A DNA stretch of 64,000 bases, from the NCBI GenBank assembly GCA_001244265.2, contig CDLV01000010.1:868001-932000 (forward strand), given 5' to 3'. Of the stretch, positions 23,449 to 35,897 are shown one piece after another. The stretch comes from Microbotryum violaceum. Lineage: Eukaryota. Position numbers and translations under genes: made by a program. Position 1 is the first letter of the stretch. The number at the start of each line of letters is the position of its first letter. The notes under the pieces were generated by a model, which saw only the letters and a program-made list of their open reading frames with translations, made no database searches and was not told the origin of the DNA.

Positions 23449-24673
23449 AGGACCCCCGAAAGCCGAGCCAGAGGCGGCCCGCAAATTTGGACGTTCTGGG
23501 GACCGGGAAATCGGCTAGGCAGCCCGCAAATTTGGACATTTTGGGCTCAAAAGGGGTCGAGGCTCACCTCATTCTTGGTCATTTTCCTTCCTCCGGTCGA
23601 ACTTTGAAGCGCAGACCAGGGTAGCGGGAGGCGCAGGGCCGCAGGGCATAGCCGGGCCCAGCTGCGCGGCGCGGTGAACAGTCGCGCTGTTTGCGTTTGG
23701 AGCGCGTTAGTGTCTGTATTTGCTGTAAGGTATGCGCCTCTGATGTGCATAAAATACAATCTGTCATTTTTGAACGATAGGCTCAAAGCAAGTCGTAACT
23801 AGAACTACTCAGAGGCTACTTATTTGGCTGTTCCTGTAAGACATTTGCGATCGTTTATCGTTTTTTGATCGTCTCTCGCTCGGAACGCCGACTTGTCGAG
23901 CTACGTCTCCTCTTCTCCCTTTCGATCTGGAAGCTCTCTCACCGAGTAATATCTTTTTTTCCTAGTCGTATATTTCTTTTCCTAGTCGGTCAAAGATTCT
24001 CAGGGTTCGCCGCCGCCGATACACGTCGGATTCTTTGGAACCGATCACCCGATCGCGCGATCACCGAAATGGCATTCGAAGAGCTCTGGGCATCAATTCA
24101 GGAGTGCAAGGCTGGCCTTGTGTCTCTGTAAAACACCCAAGGGAGATTTGGTGGGTATGATCGATTCTGATTCAGGGTCAAAGAGTCCTACACTACTGGC
24201 CTAGCCAGTGTGCTTAACTGCATTTCCTCCGACTTTCCCAGATATTTCTAGGCACATACATATTAGGATATGGCGTGCGGCTGAGAACCTTATTTTGGCG
24301 TGCATTCTTCCACGTAGATGTAAATTATATTGATTTTGATCCATCAAATGAATGATAAACAAAGATGAGATCCTATTCGAGTCCATTTCATTTTGAAAAG
24401 GCTCGTTGGCGGTCGCGCTGGCACCGCTCTTGGTGCTCGGTGCGCGCGCGCGCAACCTTTCCCGCCCGCGCGCGGCGGGAATGCAGTCTGCTCGTAGCGC
24501 AGAAACTTTTCTGAGCATTGTACAGCTTGTAGAGTAATTTTGAGAAATTATTCAACACTAGGCGGCCCTCTTTTTTGGACATTCTCAGTCAGAATCCGGA
24601 AAAAAATTGGACATTTTGACTCGAAAAAGGCCGTTTTTAGAGGGCCGCCTATGGCTGGGCTTTCAGGGGTCCT
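23449..24673. mobile_element. Non-autonomous TIR DNA transposon, 1225 bp, 32-bp TIRs, 8-bp TSD CCACTAGC
   Basis: Left TIR 23449-23480 AGGACCCCCGAAAGCCGAGCCAGAGGCGGCCC matches the reverse complement of 24642-24673 with 3 mismatches. CCACTAGC is identical at 23441-23448 and 24674-24681. Subterminal TTGGAC repeats are present; no transposase ORF. Confidence 0.88.
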
Positions 24674-24796
24674 CCACTAGCCACTGCTTGCCACCGCGCG
24701 CCGAATAAGGCTCAAAAAAGTGTCGTCCGCTTCTACGCTTGACGACAGCTTTTCGACGGGCGACTCGGATCTGATCGCAACGATCTCGTCAACAAC

Positions 24797-27251
24797 ATGA
24801 CTTCAACGGACGAAGGGATCTTCCAGATGCCTCATTCACTCCTCCCCGAGACCGACTACCTTCTGCATTCGCGTTGCTGCCGCCACGATCGACTGAACTG
24901 CTCCGTCAGCGGCGAGCACATCCCCCACTTTGAGCCACTGCCTCAGCTCGATCCAACGTGGCAACAACCTGTGGCAGCGATCAAGGACGACTCGCTTGAA
25001 GATCGCGTTGAGAAGGCTCTAGAGAGCTTCCTCGTCGAGCACGACCTATTGGACCGCGTCAAGGGCCACGTCGAGGCGCTGCATCGCAACAAGCTGGCGC
25101 AAGGTCGTACAATATGCACCATTACTCCGGCGTGCACGGCGGCCGTTCATGACTTGCGCATCCGATTCTTTGAGCCTCTTACCGTTGCCCTGCTTCGGCG
25201 GTACCATGGGAGAGGTCTCACCAAAGAGGAGAGGGCCAGTCGCGGTGCCGAGTTCCTCGGCTTCGAACCCCGACTCGGAGGTGACGCCCACAACCAACTG
25301 GCAGCTGGTGGCATCACGTTCACTATGGAGCGGATACGACAGAGACGTGGCCACCCTAGGGTGAAGCTGCTGTCTCGTATGGTCATGTCGTTTGAAGACG
25401 ATTCAAGCTTCCTGTCGTTTGGTCTGAAGCGAAACCTACTCGCACGTGGGTGCAAGTTCCATTTGCATCAAAAGGATCCGATCCCGCTCGATCTGGTAAA
25501 GAGAGCTTTGGCGCCGAGGGGATGCTCAACAAGGTCAGTGATCGGTTATCAATGATAGTCTTTGATCAAGATTAGAGCTGATCACCTGACCTTACGCAGC
25601 TGGCCTTCTTAATGGTATCTACTGTCGAACGAAACCATCAGACTGGCCAGGTCATTAACCTCCCAGTTCGATTCGGCATGATCATCAGCACTCGTTACGT
25701 TATCCTGGCGGAAGCGGGTAGGTTCGAGTTTGATTTCCGTTGACCTTAGCACGTCCCTTGTCCTGGATCCGCATTGGACTGAACTGCGATTTTAGTTTAT
25801 TTATGCAGTCGTGAACCCCACCAATCCCAAAGAGATTGGAATCCTCTACTCGTCGATATTTGAAACGAGCCACCACTCGCACAAGCGCGTATCATACCCC
25901 TTTCGGTTCGAGAGGCGGTCGGTTACGCTCATGTTCCTAGCTGGCATTCTCGACTATCTCACCAAAGCCGCGGCTCCTTCTCCCGCCGTCATCCAAAACT
26001 TGTTCGGGGCAACAGCGCTGGCCGAGACGTCGAACAGAGCTGTTCGAGCAGCTAAACATGCGTGGTCAAACGACTCCGATCATCGCGCGGAAAGACAGAA
26101 AAAGGCCCGCCAGTCCCAGGGAAGCAAAAGCTCAGACTTCCCTGAGTGGGTCGATATGTGGTACATGGAACACGAGGTCCTGCGCGTGAAATTGAATCCG
26201 AGGGTGTCCCCGGCAAGTAGTGCTGCTCAATCGCAAAACCGGATCGGATGGCCTGACATCAATACTGATAAATTTTACGTCTCCAGCCGCGTCTGTCTTC
26301 AAATGTTTTCCTGGGTCTCAAATCCCCATCCCCTTTTGTCCTCGATGCCGTCACGTTCGAGGTCCACCCGCGCGCAGAGCTGCCTCGGAGGCCGCCCAGC
26401 CACCCGCCCACTGCTGCGCTCGCTGGGCTTCACCCAGCGTTACTCGCGTACCTGTCCAGCTACCTATGCGACCGCAACAGCAGTTTTCCTGGCCCCGAGA
26501 GGTCATTGCTGAACCGCAAAGATCGAGATCCGGTCGAATTGCCATTTCTTGATGCACCACAGTTCCTTGCTCGTGGTGGCTTCGGAGCCGTTTGGGTTGC
26601 TCGACTCCTACGCACGACGAGCTCGACCAAGGCCGCCGGTGAAAAGGACTTGGGATGGTGGTCTGTGCCACTTCTACCAGCAGATGCAGCGGGGCACCTA
26701 CGAGGCCAAGGGCAACGAAATTCGATGCCAACGGACCAACCTGTGATTCTCAAGGTGTTCTATGACCAGATCGAATCGGGTATTCGAGAATCGCTCTTTT
26801 ACGAGCATGTCTTTCCGCTGTTGCCAGCCCAGCTTCGAGCTTTTCTACCCCGCTACTATGGGACGTATCGATCCGACAAACAACGAAGGATTCTTTTGGC
26901 GCTGGGTTACGGGGGCCGTCGACTCGAGGCTGCCGATAGAACTACGGAGCTGCAAGAGAAAGCCGAGTGAGATCTTGAAGACCGTAGTCAGACCGTGCTA
27001 GGTCTTCTGGAATAGATGTTGGGACGAAAGCTGACGAGTCCTTACGATCCTGACCATCCGTGTCGTTTTTGACTCTCAGTGCGGCGTATCGACTCTTCTA
27101 TAAACACGGCATTAACCATGGGGATTGTGAGGCACGCAACATCCTGCTACGCGACGACGGCTCGCTGTGCCTGATCGATTGGGGTTATGCCACGCTCAAT
27201 TTCAGCCGACAGCTTCGATGGCTCCAAACGCTGAGGTTCCGCGACAGATAG
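24797..27251 (+). CDS. Atypical protein-kinase-like protein (unknown N-terminal region plus C-terminal short kinase fold), about 5 exons
   Basis: Exons splice into one frame ending in LARGGFGAVW, VILKVF, RESLFYE, LPRYYGTY and HGINHGDCEARNILLRDDGSLCLIDWG. Confidence 0.75.
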
Positions 27252-27567
27252 GAGTTGTGCGGGCTTGTGGTCGCGTCATAAATGGAATGGATGGTATCAT
27301 TTAGTGGTTGTCTACTTTCTTGAGCAGAGACGCCCCTGATCCCGAGACCGCGGACCTGGGCTGTTGTACATGCTGGCCCATCCGAGTAGAAGCAACAATC
27401 GCGTGGTTTTGAGGGTTGGAAATAAAACGGATCATCGTGCAACATATAGGCCAATACAACAATCTTTGACTTCCCAACGTGACGGTTTACAGTGGTTGCG
27501 AGGTTCAAGCTTACCATTCTGGGGGCCTTTCTTACCCCCATCCCCCTACCCCCCACCCACCTCTCTC

Positions 27568-29167
27568 CTACTCCTCCCATTCGATAAGAACGACATCCTC
27601 CCGCCAAGCTTGTTGACTCTGTTCGTTCACGCACTCGTCCGCACAAGTAAAAACCCACACCGAAGCCCAATCGAACGAGTCCTCTTCTTCCTCTCCTTCG
27701 TTCGGTCGTCCCCGCGGGGCTTTGTTGAGGATGTTGACAAGGTTCGGCATCGCTTGGTATTCGAACGCGCTGGGAGATTTGCAAGTCTTGCAAACCGGGA
27801 CTCGACGAGAGGAGTAGATCCCGATCCCATCGGAGGAGGGTTGGTAGATCTTTTGGTAGGGTGCCGACTTGGCGGAAAAGGGTAGAGGTTCACCTGCGAA
27901 TTCGTACCTATGCGAAAGCGAGGGTCGTGTGAACAAAGAGGATCTCTCGATCGGTGTACCAGGGCTTAACTGCCTACCCCACCCAACGTACCTAATGACT
28001 TGTTCAGGTTCCCTTGCCACGCGTTCTTGAAGTCTCAGGAAAACCTCATCAACCCCTTTGATCTTTTGCACCTCGTAAGCTTCCCCTTCCGCACCCCCTG
28101 TCGATCTACTCGAGCCACTCGCAGAAAACGCGCCTTTCTTGGTTCGGCCACCCGCCGATTTTCCTTCTCGATGCTGGGAAGTCGTTGCATCGCCATCCCC
28201 GAGCGATAGGTTGGACAAGGTCGATTCGAGCTGCCGAGTTGCCGAGGTGGAAGGGGTCGGCTCGTAGGATGTGGTGAGATACTGGGCAGCGATCGAAGGA
28301 TGTCCAGGCCAGGTACGAAATATGGGCGCTTCAGTAGGCGATGTAGGGTCTAGATTCGCCGGAGGAGCATCGTGCACAGGCTTCGTAGATGTCGACGCCG
28401 CAGGAGCGAAAGGAGTTGAAGCCGAGTTTGAGCTCGGAGCAAAAGGATTGGACGCCTTCGTCGCCCCTACTCCACCGGCGCCACCAAATATCAAACTCCC
28501 CAGATCGACCTTGACCTCCTTTCCCTTCCTGACTTGATTCTCCTCCTCCCTCTTCTTCCTCTTCACCTCCTCCGGATCAACCCATTTACTCAAAGCCCTC
28601 CATGCCCTCAAGCTCGTCGGTTTTCCTCGACAGGTCTTGTTCGAACACCCGAAGAGGTAGACGACCCTTTCGTAGAGGGACGTTTCGAGTGGGCAGTATA
28701 TTTGCGTAACGAGACGCATCAGACGGTTGCAGCTTGGGCAAAGCGTCGAAGACGTCGGAGGGGCCGAACCGAGAGGTGGGAAAGTCTGTTTGACCACGTG
28801 GGCACACGCAGAGGTTGAAAAGGTCAGATCTCCAAATCACGGCCTCCACTTTGTGGGGAATGCATAATATTGACAAAGAACAGGGTAGGAACGTGTGGAA
28901 GAGATACGACAAGGCAGCAAAAAGGGGACGCACTGGCTCGCCCCCTATTCTAGAAATTTTCCAATCCTCGAGCTCGACCGAGGACGTCGAAGCGATCGGA
29001 CCATCGGCGAAACCGAGGACGACACCGTAACCTATTCCGGATGCCCTGAAGGACTGGGACGTCGAGGTTGTCGTCGAGGAGGTGTCGTCCTCGTCATCGG
29101 AAAGAGTTGTGGGGTCGTACCCCGTCGCGGAAGAGCGTGAGGCGTAGGAAAGCGAAGGAGGGGGCAT
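27568..29167 (-). CDS. TSR4: PDCD2-like protein Tsr4 (uS5/Rps2 chaperone), about 3 exons
   Basis: VVLGFADG..ISRIGGEP, CPSC..MRLVTQIYCPL..ERVVYLFGC, PEQVIRY, CKTCKSPSAFEYQAMPNL, DWASVWVFTC. Confidence 0.9.
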
Positions 29168-30094
29168 GGTCTATTGGGTGGGAATCAAAAACGTCAGCTA
29201 GTCAGCTACTTGCTCCAGACGACACGATACGATCTTGTTTGATCCCGCTCCTTCGACTACGGCCTGAAAAAGGCTACGATTTTGGTTTTCAGAAGTAAAA
29301 TAAGGTAGCCTAGAGAGTATCGCCTCATTGCTCCGACCGGCTTCCCCTGTCATCCCCGAAGGATGATGAGCCCAGGGGTGCCACCGAGAAGGATCCGACT
29401 CGTCATCTAGTTGTGTCATCCTTTGAAAATCGCTGGGTAGAGCGAGAAGGGGGACCGGAAACGTCGCTGTCCTCGAAAGAGGCGAGAGCGAGCCTTTTTC
29501 TTCGTCGTCTCGACCTTGTGGCAGAGAGACGAGGAAAGAGGGTACGAGCAGGGTGCCGGACAGTGTAAGAGACTGAGGTACTTACATCACAATGATCACT
29601 CGCGAACTTGTGGTCGAAGGGGTCAAGGCGAGGAGTCGATCGAATGTAAGGGCAGTGTAGCGGAGAGAGCGAGGCGACGATGACCGCTGCGAAGGACGAG
29701 CACGCTGAGCTTGCGCGGCACCGCTGCGGCACCTGCCATTGACGTTTATAAGCACCCGCGTGGTAGTATCGCATTCTTCACTTTGTAATGGCTATTAGGA
29801 CCGCCCGCGGATCCTCCTCCGCTACCGGCTGTCCGTATCCGGACTGAGCACTTCTAACCCTCGTACACCCCCAACTTCCCAGCTTGTCTTGTGTACCGGC
29901 TGGGGACCAAGAATCAAACGATCTTCTGCGGTAGCATCACCTACGACTGGCTGTCGGTCTCCCTCCAAGCGCTCCTATCCCCCACGCCCCCACATCCAAG
30001 GCCGGTTCTATTTCGGTTCCCAAGTTCGTGTGGGCCTGGTCGTCTCAAGTCCTCTTCATCGACTCATCAATACTGTCGGTATATCAGTCTCGAT

Positions 30095-32364
30095 ATGGGC
30101 CGCCCGGAATTACCCCTCCTAGGGGCCATTGCTTCACCTGGTGCTCCCAAGGCCGTCTGCACTAAGGCTGACTTCGATCTCGAGGGCCACTGTGAGACCA
30201 CGCGGTCTTGCGATTCGGGCGCCTCTCATCAGGGCAAGCGTCGAGCAAGGTGCTGCAGCAACGCTCTGGGCGTGTTGGCCATTATCCTTGTGGCCTTTGC
30301 GACCGCCCTCTTGGCCTTTCGAATTATGGTCTCAGGCATGGAGTTCTTCTTCAACCGTGTGGTCGGTAGCAAAGTTTTCATCCATGTCAGTCCTTGACCG
30401 TGACGCTTCTTCGGGGTAAGCCCGCGTGACGATAGACCGCAGCACTTACAACGCTTGCTCGACTGTATCACTCCCAGCCCTCAAAGCATCATCATGTACC
30501 CTCTTCGCCCGGGATCTTTTGGTCCCCGTGCCCCGATGACGCGGAGACGTTCTGCTCCTATCTCTCGGTCCCGCTCGATTACGCCGAGCCCTCAGGCGCA
30601 GCGGCATCGATCGCGCTGCGCATGATCCCCGCCTCCGTCCCACTCAAGGATGTACTCGGCTACGTCCTAATCAACCCCGGTGGACCGGGTGGTTCAGGAC
30701 ATGCCTTTGCGCTGAGAAGAGGCAAAGAAATTTCGACCGTGCTCAAGCACCGCTATCATGTCATCGGCTTCGATCCTCGCGGGGTCAACCTTACCGGTCC
30801 CAGCAACGATTGTTTCGCGAACCAAGGTGACGCGAGTCGGTTGCAAAAGGACTTTGAAGCCTTGGGTCTGCCGGACCAAACGGCCGCTTTGGCGAAGGGT
30901 CCCTCGGGAAGTCTCGAAGACGACACGGACTGGCACGGCAGGAGCAGTCGATGGCAAACTTATGCCGATGCGGTCACCAAAGCAGTCGATCAGAGCTGTC
31001 GCCAGAACGGCAACCATGCTGTTCTCGCAACGAGCTCGACAGCGACGGTTGCGCGAGATATGAAGTCCATCATCGAAGCACTGGGTCAGGAAAAGCTCTT
31101 CTACTGGGGTTTCAGCTACGGTACAATCTTGGGGGCGACTTTTGCGGCCATGTTCCCAGACCTCGTGGGTCGGCTCTGGCTCGACGGCGTGAGCGACTCG
31201 CAGACGTACACCAATGACATCTGGGCGTGGGGTCGATCGGGCATGAACAACTCGCAGGATGTCTGGTCGGCTTTCTTCGGCGCCTGCGCCGAGTCCGGTC
31301 CCAAGGGATGTGCGTTGGCGGAGAAAGGATTGACTGCTTCGGAGATTGAGGAGAAGATCCGCAAGTTGATTCTAGGTCTCAATGCTGAGCCTGTGATTGT
31401 CGGTTCGTCCAAGTACGGACCCGGTGTAGTTCGCGCCGCGCAAGTCCACTACAAGATTTGGACCGCACTTTACGCCCCCAAGTCGTGGCCCGGGTTTGCG
31501 GAAGCTCTCGATGATCTGATCAAGGGTAACGGGACGGCCCTCTTCGAGCTCGCCAACACGGAGAATGACAAATTGGCGCGCACCGACTCGTCAGACAATC
31601 TCTTCCATCGCAAATCGATCGATTCCTTCTGGAGCTCATCTGTAAGTGAGGGGTTCTAGATCTGATGTGGGTCGTATCCGTCTGAACCGCCGCGTCCCTT
31701 CGGCTTCCAGCCCATTATGTGCTCCGACACAGACCCTGCCGTCGCCCAGACGCTCTCAGACGCCGCCTCGATGGCGTCCTACGCCCAGTCCATCGCGGAC
31801 ATTTCACCCTCGGGTGCTCACTGGGCCCAATGGATCGGGGCTTGTCGACTGTGGTCGTCCAAGGCGAGGGAGGTTTACCGTGGACCTTGGACCGTCGAAA
31901 CCGGGCTCAAGAAGACGAACCACCCGGTAGTCTTCTTCTCGATGGAATTTGACCCCGTCACGCCCGAGATCTCGGCGCGCAAGATGGCCGATGGCTTTGG
32001 CAAAGACTCGGCGACTTTCGTCGTTCAACGTAAAGGGTAGGTTATAGGTTTCAATCTGAGTATTCCGGATGAAGACACTCAGACTAATGATGGTCTGCCT
32101 CCCGCGGTCCCGATCTTGCACAGTCTCGGGCATTGCTCCTCGGCTCACCCCTCTCTGTGTACCGCCAAGCTGATCCGCAGCTACTTCCTCGATGGAACCG
32201 TCCCCGATTACGGCACCGAGTGCGACACCGACGAGGGTTTCCTGTTCCCTCACCCTGAAAAAAAGTGGCAGCCCAAGCTCGCCTCGGTCGAGGATCGTGA
32301 GCTCGCCGACGCGATCTACGCGTTGGGCATGAAGGGAGCCGTTGGGATGGAGGACTCGATGTGA
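30095..32364 (+). CDS. TAP-like alpha/beta hydrolase (peptidase S33 type) with N-terminal membrane anchor, multi-exon
   Basis: TM helix ALGVLAIILVAFATALLAF; NPGGPGGSG, GFDPRGV, YWGFSYGT (nucleophile Ser), FDPVTP (Asp), GHCS (His). Confidence 0.9.
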
Positions 32365-32964
32365 TCACTTGAATGGTGCTATGTTTTATCGCCTTCATTT
32401 CTTGCTACTCTTCTCTCTACGTAGATATATCGAGTTCTGCTCCTGTATCCTGTGTTGCTAACCTTTCACAATTCGGCTCCACGCCGAGTCTCGCCTAAAC
32501 TCGCGTGCTAGCACTCGCCCCGAGCGACATTTCTCGGACCCTAAAACAATGTCGCACAGGCGCTTTCTTTGCTTGAACAGGGCCAAAGACAAGGATCGTT
32601 CACAGGGCTACATGGTATAATCGGGGGATCTGGGGTCTATCTCGATTCTCCCGCCAGTTCTCAGGTCTTAGGTCGGTTGGAAAGGCTAGCCTCAGATTGA
32701 AAAACCTTGATCAGTCCACTCGCATCGTCTTCGTTCTTCTTCTTGAATTGTTCCGGAGCGTTGAACTTCTCGTTCGACTTCCATTATCAGTAGTATACAC
32801 GGAAACACTGAACTTGGGGTTGCGCGAGATTTATAGAGAGAAAAGATGCCTAGATGTAAATGGCAGAAAAGACATCGTCGGGAAGGAGGACGAGAGAAAG
32901 AGCAGTTTGAAAAGCCATACTGCTATCGACCTTTTTGGGGACCTGGATCGTGGCAACAACCACT

Positions 32965-34054
32965 TCATTGCTCCCACTTCTTGGCGATCATGGACTGTGT
33001 GGAGATGGGCGCGGTCAGCATGCGCGTGGACTCCAATCCCAGATGCCGTCGTCAAACTCACATCTGGAGGCTTGGTCTCGACCGTGCGCTGTAGGAGCGA
33101 AAAGAAGAGTCATTGTGAGCTCGAGAGGCGATCCTTGTGGGCCGATACCGCTCTCCACAGTACTTTACCTTGGAAACGTCGCTCCAATCGGTGCTCAAGG
33201 CCGTTCCATTGCTCTCCTGATAACTCTTGATCATAGCCCTGCGCTGATCATCCGTAGCACCTTCGTACAATTTTTGGAACATCTCGTTCAAGGCCTTGTC
33301 CCCACCGGCGTTGGGGTCTCTCTTGGCGCCTCCTTGGTTCGCTTGAGCGGATTCTTCCTCTTCGGCGGTCTTGACGAATGCGTCCCAGTTGGTGATCTTC
33401 TTCTTGGATGAGGAAGGGTACGAATGCGTCGGTGTTGACTCGACGGGGGCTCCTACAGGCATATCGTCGTATCGAATGAGATCGACATGGGTCCACAAGC
33501 AAAGGGCTGCGTGCAGGCTTTTCCGCTTTAAACTTGGCCTTCACTCACCCATCGTCGTCGTCGCCTGCTCGTCATCGCCCTCAATCGCGTCCCATTTGAT
33601 GTCCCGTTCCTTCTTGATCAACTTGAGTTCAATCTTGGCCGGCAGAACGCGGACAGAGAAGGCTTGAGTGTCGATTTCGTGCGCCAAAGGATCGAGGTCA
33701 AAGACGACGTCGGATCCGGTTGCGAGCGGGATCGACAACGAGACCTGGTGGTCCAACAAGTTCGTTTAGACACTTAAACGTGTGAGTTGACCACGTGAGA
33801 GTATGTGAAACCCCGGGTAGAGCTTGCGACTGGACTGACCGAACGAGGTTGGAGATCGACCTTGAGCTGCTCCGAGTTGACGTTGCGGATAAAGACGGAC
33901 AGCACGATCTCGGTGGGGGTTTGGTACCTGAGTATACAAGAGGTCAGTTGCTGTAGTACGAGGCCGAGGCCGGGTGCTCCTGTTCTTCCAGCTGCCTCCT
34001 GTGCGATGCGAGAGGTGCAGGAACTGACCACTCGTGACGGATCTTGGACGTCAT
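32965..34054 (-). CDS. SGT1: Hsp90 co-chaperone Sgt1 (CS and SGS domains, no TPR), about 6 exons
   Basis: KIRHEW|YQTPTEIVLSVF, KIELKLIK, YPSSSKK..NWD, FQKLY..ATDDQRRAMIKSYQESNGTALSTDW, VETKPPD|SMIAKKWEQ*. Confidence 0.93.
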
Positions 34055-34357
34055 CTGGAGTTGACAGAGGTGCAGGATGTGATGCTGGGATGTTGGGTGT
34101 GTTGCTAGTTGCTGGGGTGGTGGTGTGCGGGACGAAGGCCGTGGCAAGGTCGACGCGAGGGCGGTCAAAAGTCAAACAGCGACGACGACGCGACAGGCTG
34201 TGGCAAGTGGGGCTCAAGCACGGCAGAGCACGGCGCAAGCTTCCATCGAGTTCCAACACCGCACGGACCATCCGAGCAAGGTGACTTCGCTATGTTACAA
34301 TCACGCCAGAGGCTCTATACACAAAAACGCTCAAGAAGCTTATTCACGGTGCACTCT

Positions 34358-35666
34358 TTAATCCATCTCGCACAACGTCCCTTCATCAGCGAGCGTGCCT
34401 AGCCACTCGAAAAATGCCTGTCAATGCAGACCCCGTCATCAGAATTTGATTCCTGTTGGTTCTACTCATGGACCATCGAATACACTCACCTGACCAGGGA
34501 AACCGACGACGTTGTTGTAATCGCCTTCGATGCCTTTGATCAGCATGCCACCTAACCCTTGCACGGCGAAGCCTCCGGCTCTGAAAACGTGCGGCCGGTC
34601 AGTGTCAATTCAATCAGCGCTCTCCCCGAGCTTGACCCTGGAGAGAAGAAATGAAATGCTCACCTGTCTATCCCTTCGCCGCAGTCTACGTAGGCTCTGA
34701 TCAGTTGCGGTGAGTTGTGTGCGAAATTGACCTAATGTGGGGTGGGAAGCAACAGATCAGTCTTCGGGATCAACACTCAAGTCTAGGCCAGACGCACGGT
34801 CTTGCGCACCTTTGTAGATTGTACCAGGGATTGGAGCGAATATCCTGGATTTGCGAGTTGGGGCTGGGCTGAACAGATTGAAGCGGTATCACAAAGTGAT
34901 GAGTTTCGACTCCAAGGTGCGAAAAGCCGGCCGTCCAATCCCTTCTTCATTTGAATGAGGACGACTCGGATCAGACGCAAAAAGGGATGTAGGTGTTCCT
35001 ACCCACCTAACGTTACAGCGGTGATGACGTCGACTTTGGATCCGTTAAAGTCGGTCAACATCCCCATCTGATCCGCCTTGGATCTCGGTTTCTCCAGAAT
35101 TGAATACGAGGCTTCCGAGCCGAGGACAACGACCGTGTCCGCTGAGGATGCATCATTCACGAACAAAAGCGGTCGAGTACGAAAATCGTTGGAAAGCAAA
35201 CGCGAGCAGTGATCTCAGCTTCTCGGACTGTACGGTACCGGCAGATGATGTCATTCAAGGGGTGGGGGTGACTGACCTCCGATGACGAGATCAGGAGGAT
35301 CGTCCGGTGATTCTCGCACCAGCTTGGAATACACATCGATAGCCTAACCAGCCAAAAAGGAGGATGTCAGCTTCACCCCAGCTCATGTACCCCTCCTCAT
35401 CCCGCTCTCCCTCCCTTTCTCCAACTCACTTTCTCTGTCGCCGTCGCGACCGTATAGTCCCCCGGGTTATCGAAATCACCATGGTTCAACTCCTCCGGAA
35501 ATTCCGACTTGACCACTTCTGGACTCAATCCATAGGCTTTGAGGATCTCGACACGGCGAGGGGAGGCGGAGGCGAGTATGATGCGTTTGTTGCGCAGCTT
35601 GTTGAAGAGCGGGATGTTGAGCGCGGACGGGAGCACGCTGTTGTGTGCTGAAGGAGGAGAGGGCAT
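34358..35666 (-). CDS. Maf-family nucleoside triphosphate pyrophosphatase, multi-exon
   Basis: IILASASPRR, SADTVV, ILEKP, AYVDCGEGID|RAGGFAVQG, IEGDYNNVVGFP, last exon AFFEWLGTLADEGTLCEMD*. Confidence 0.92.
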
Positions 35667-35897
35667 GTTTGAGAGACGGATCACAGTTCAAGAGGACAAT
35701 GCGAGCTGGTAGGAGGGGAGAGGAGGACAACCAAAGCAAATGCTGCGGCACCCCCACTTAAACTTTTCTGGCGACGACCCTCATCGCGGCGCACGGACCC
35801 CTCGATGGAATGAGTCTCGCTCTCGACACTTTTACGAGCAAGGAAGCACATTACAAGCTCCGGAAAAGAGAAAGGCTATTGCGCACAATCGGGCCTC

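Noticed and set aside
23865..24582. Short ORFs inside the transposon as transposase remnants
   Set aside because: No DDE, BED-finger or dimerisation motifs recognised in the frames examined.
30095..32364. TAP-like hydrolase as a bacterial horizontal transfer
   Set aside because: It has introns and the family is common in fungi; there is no compositional anomaly.
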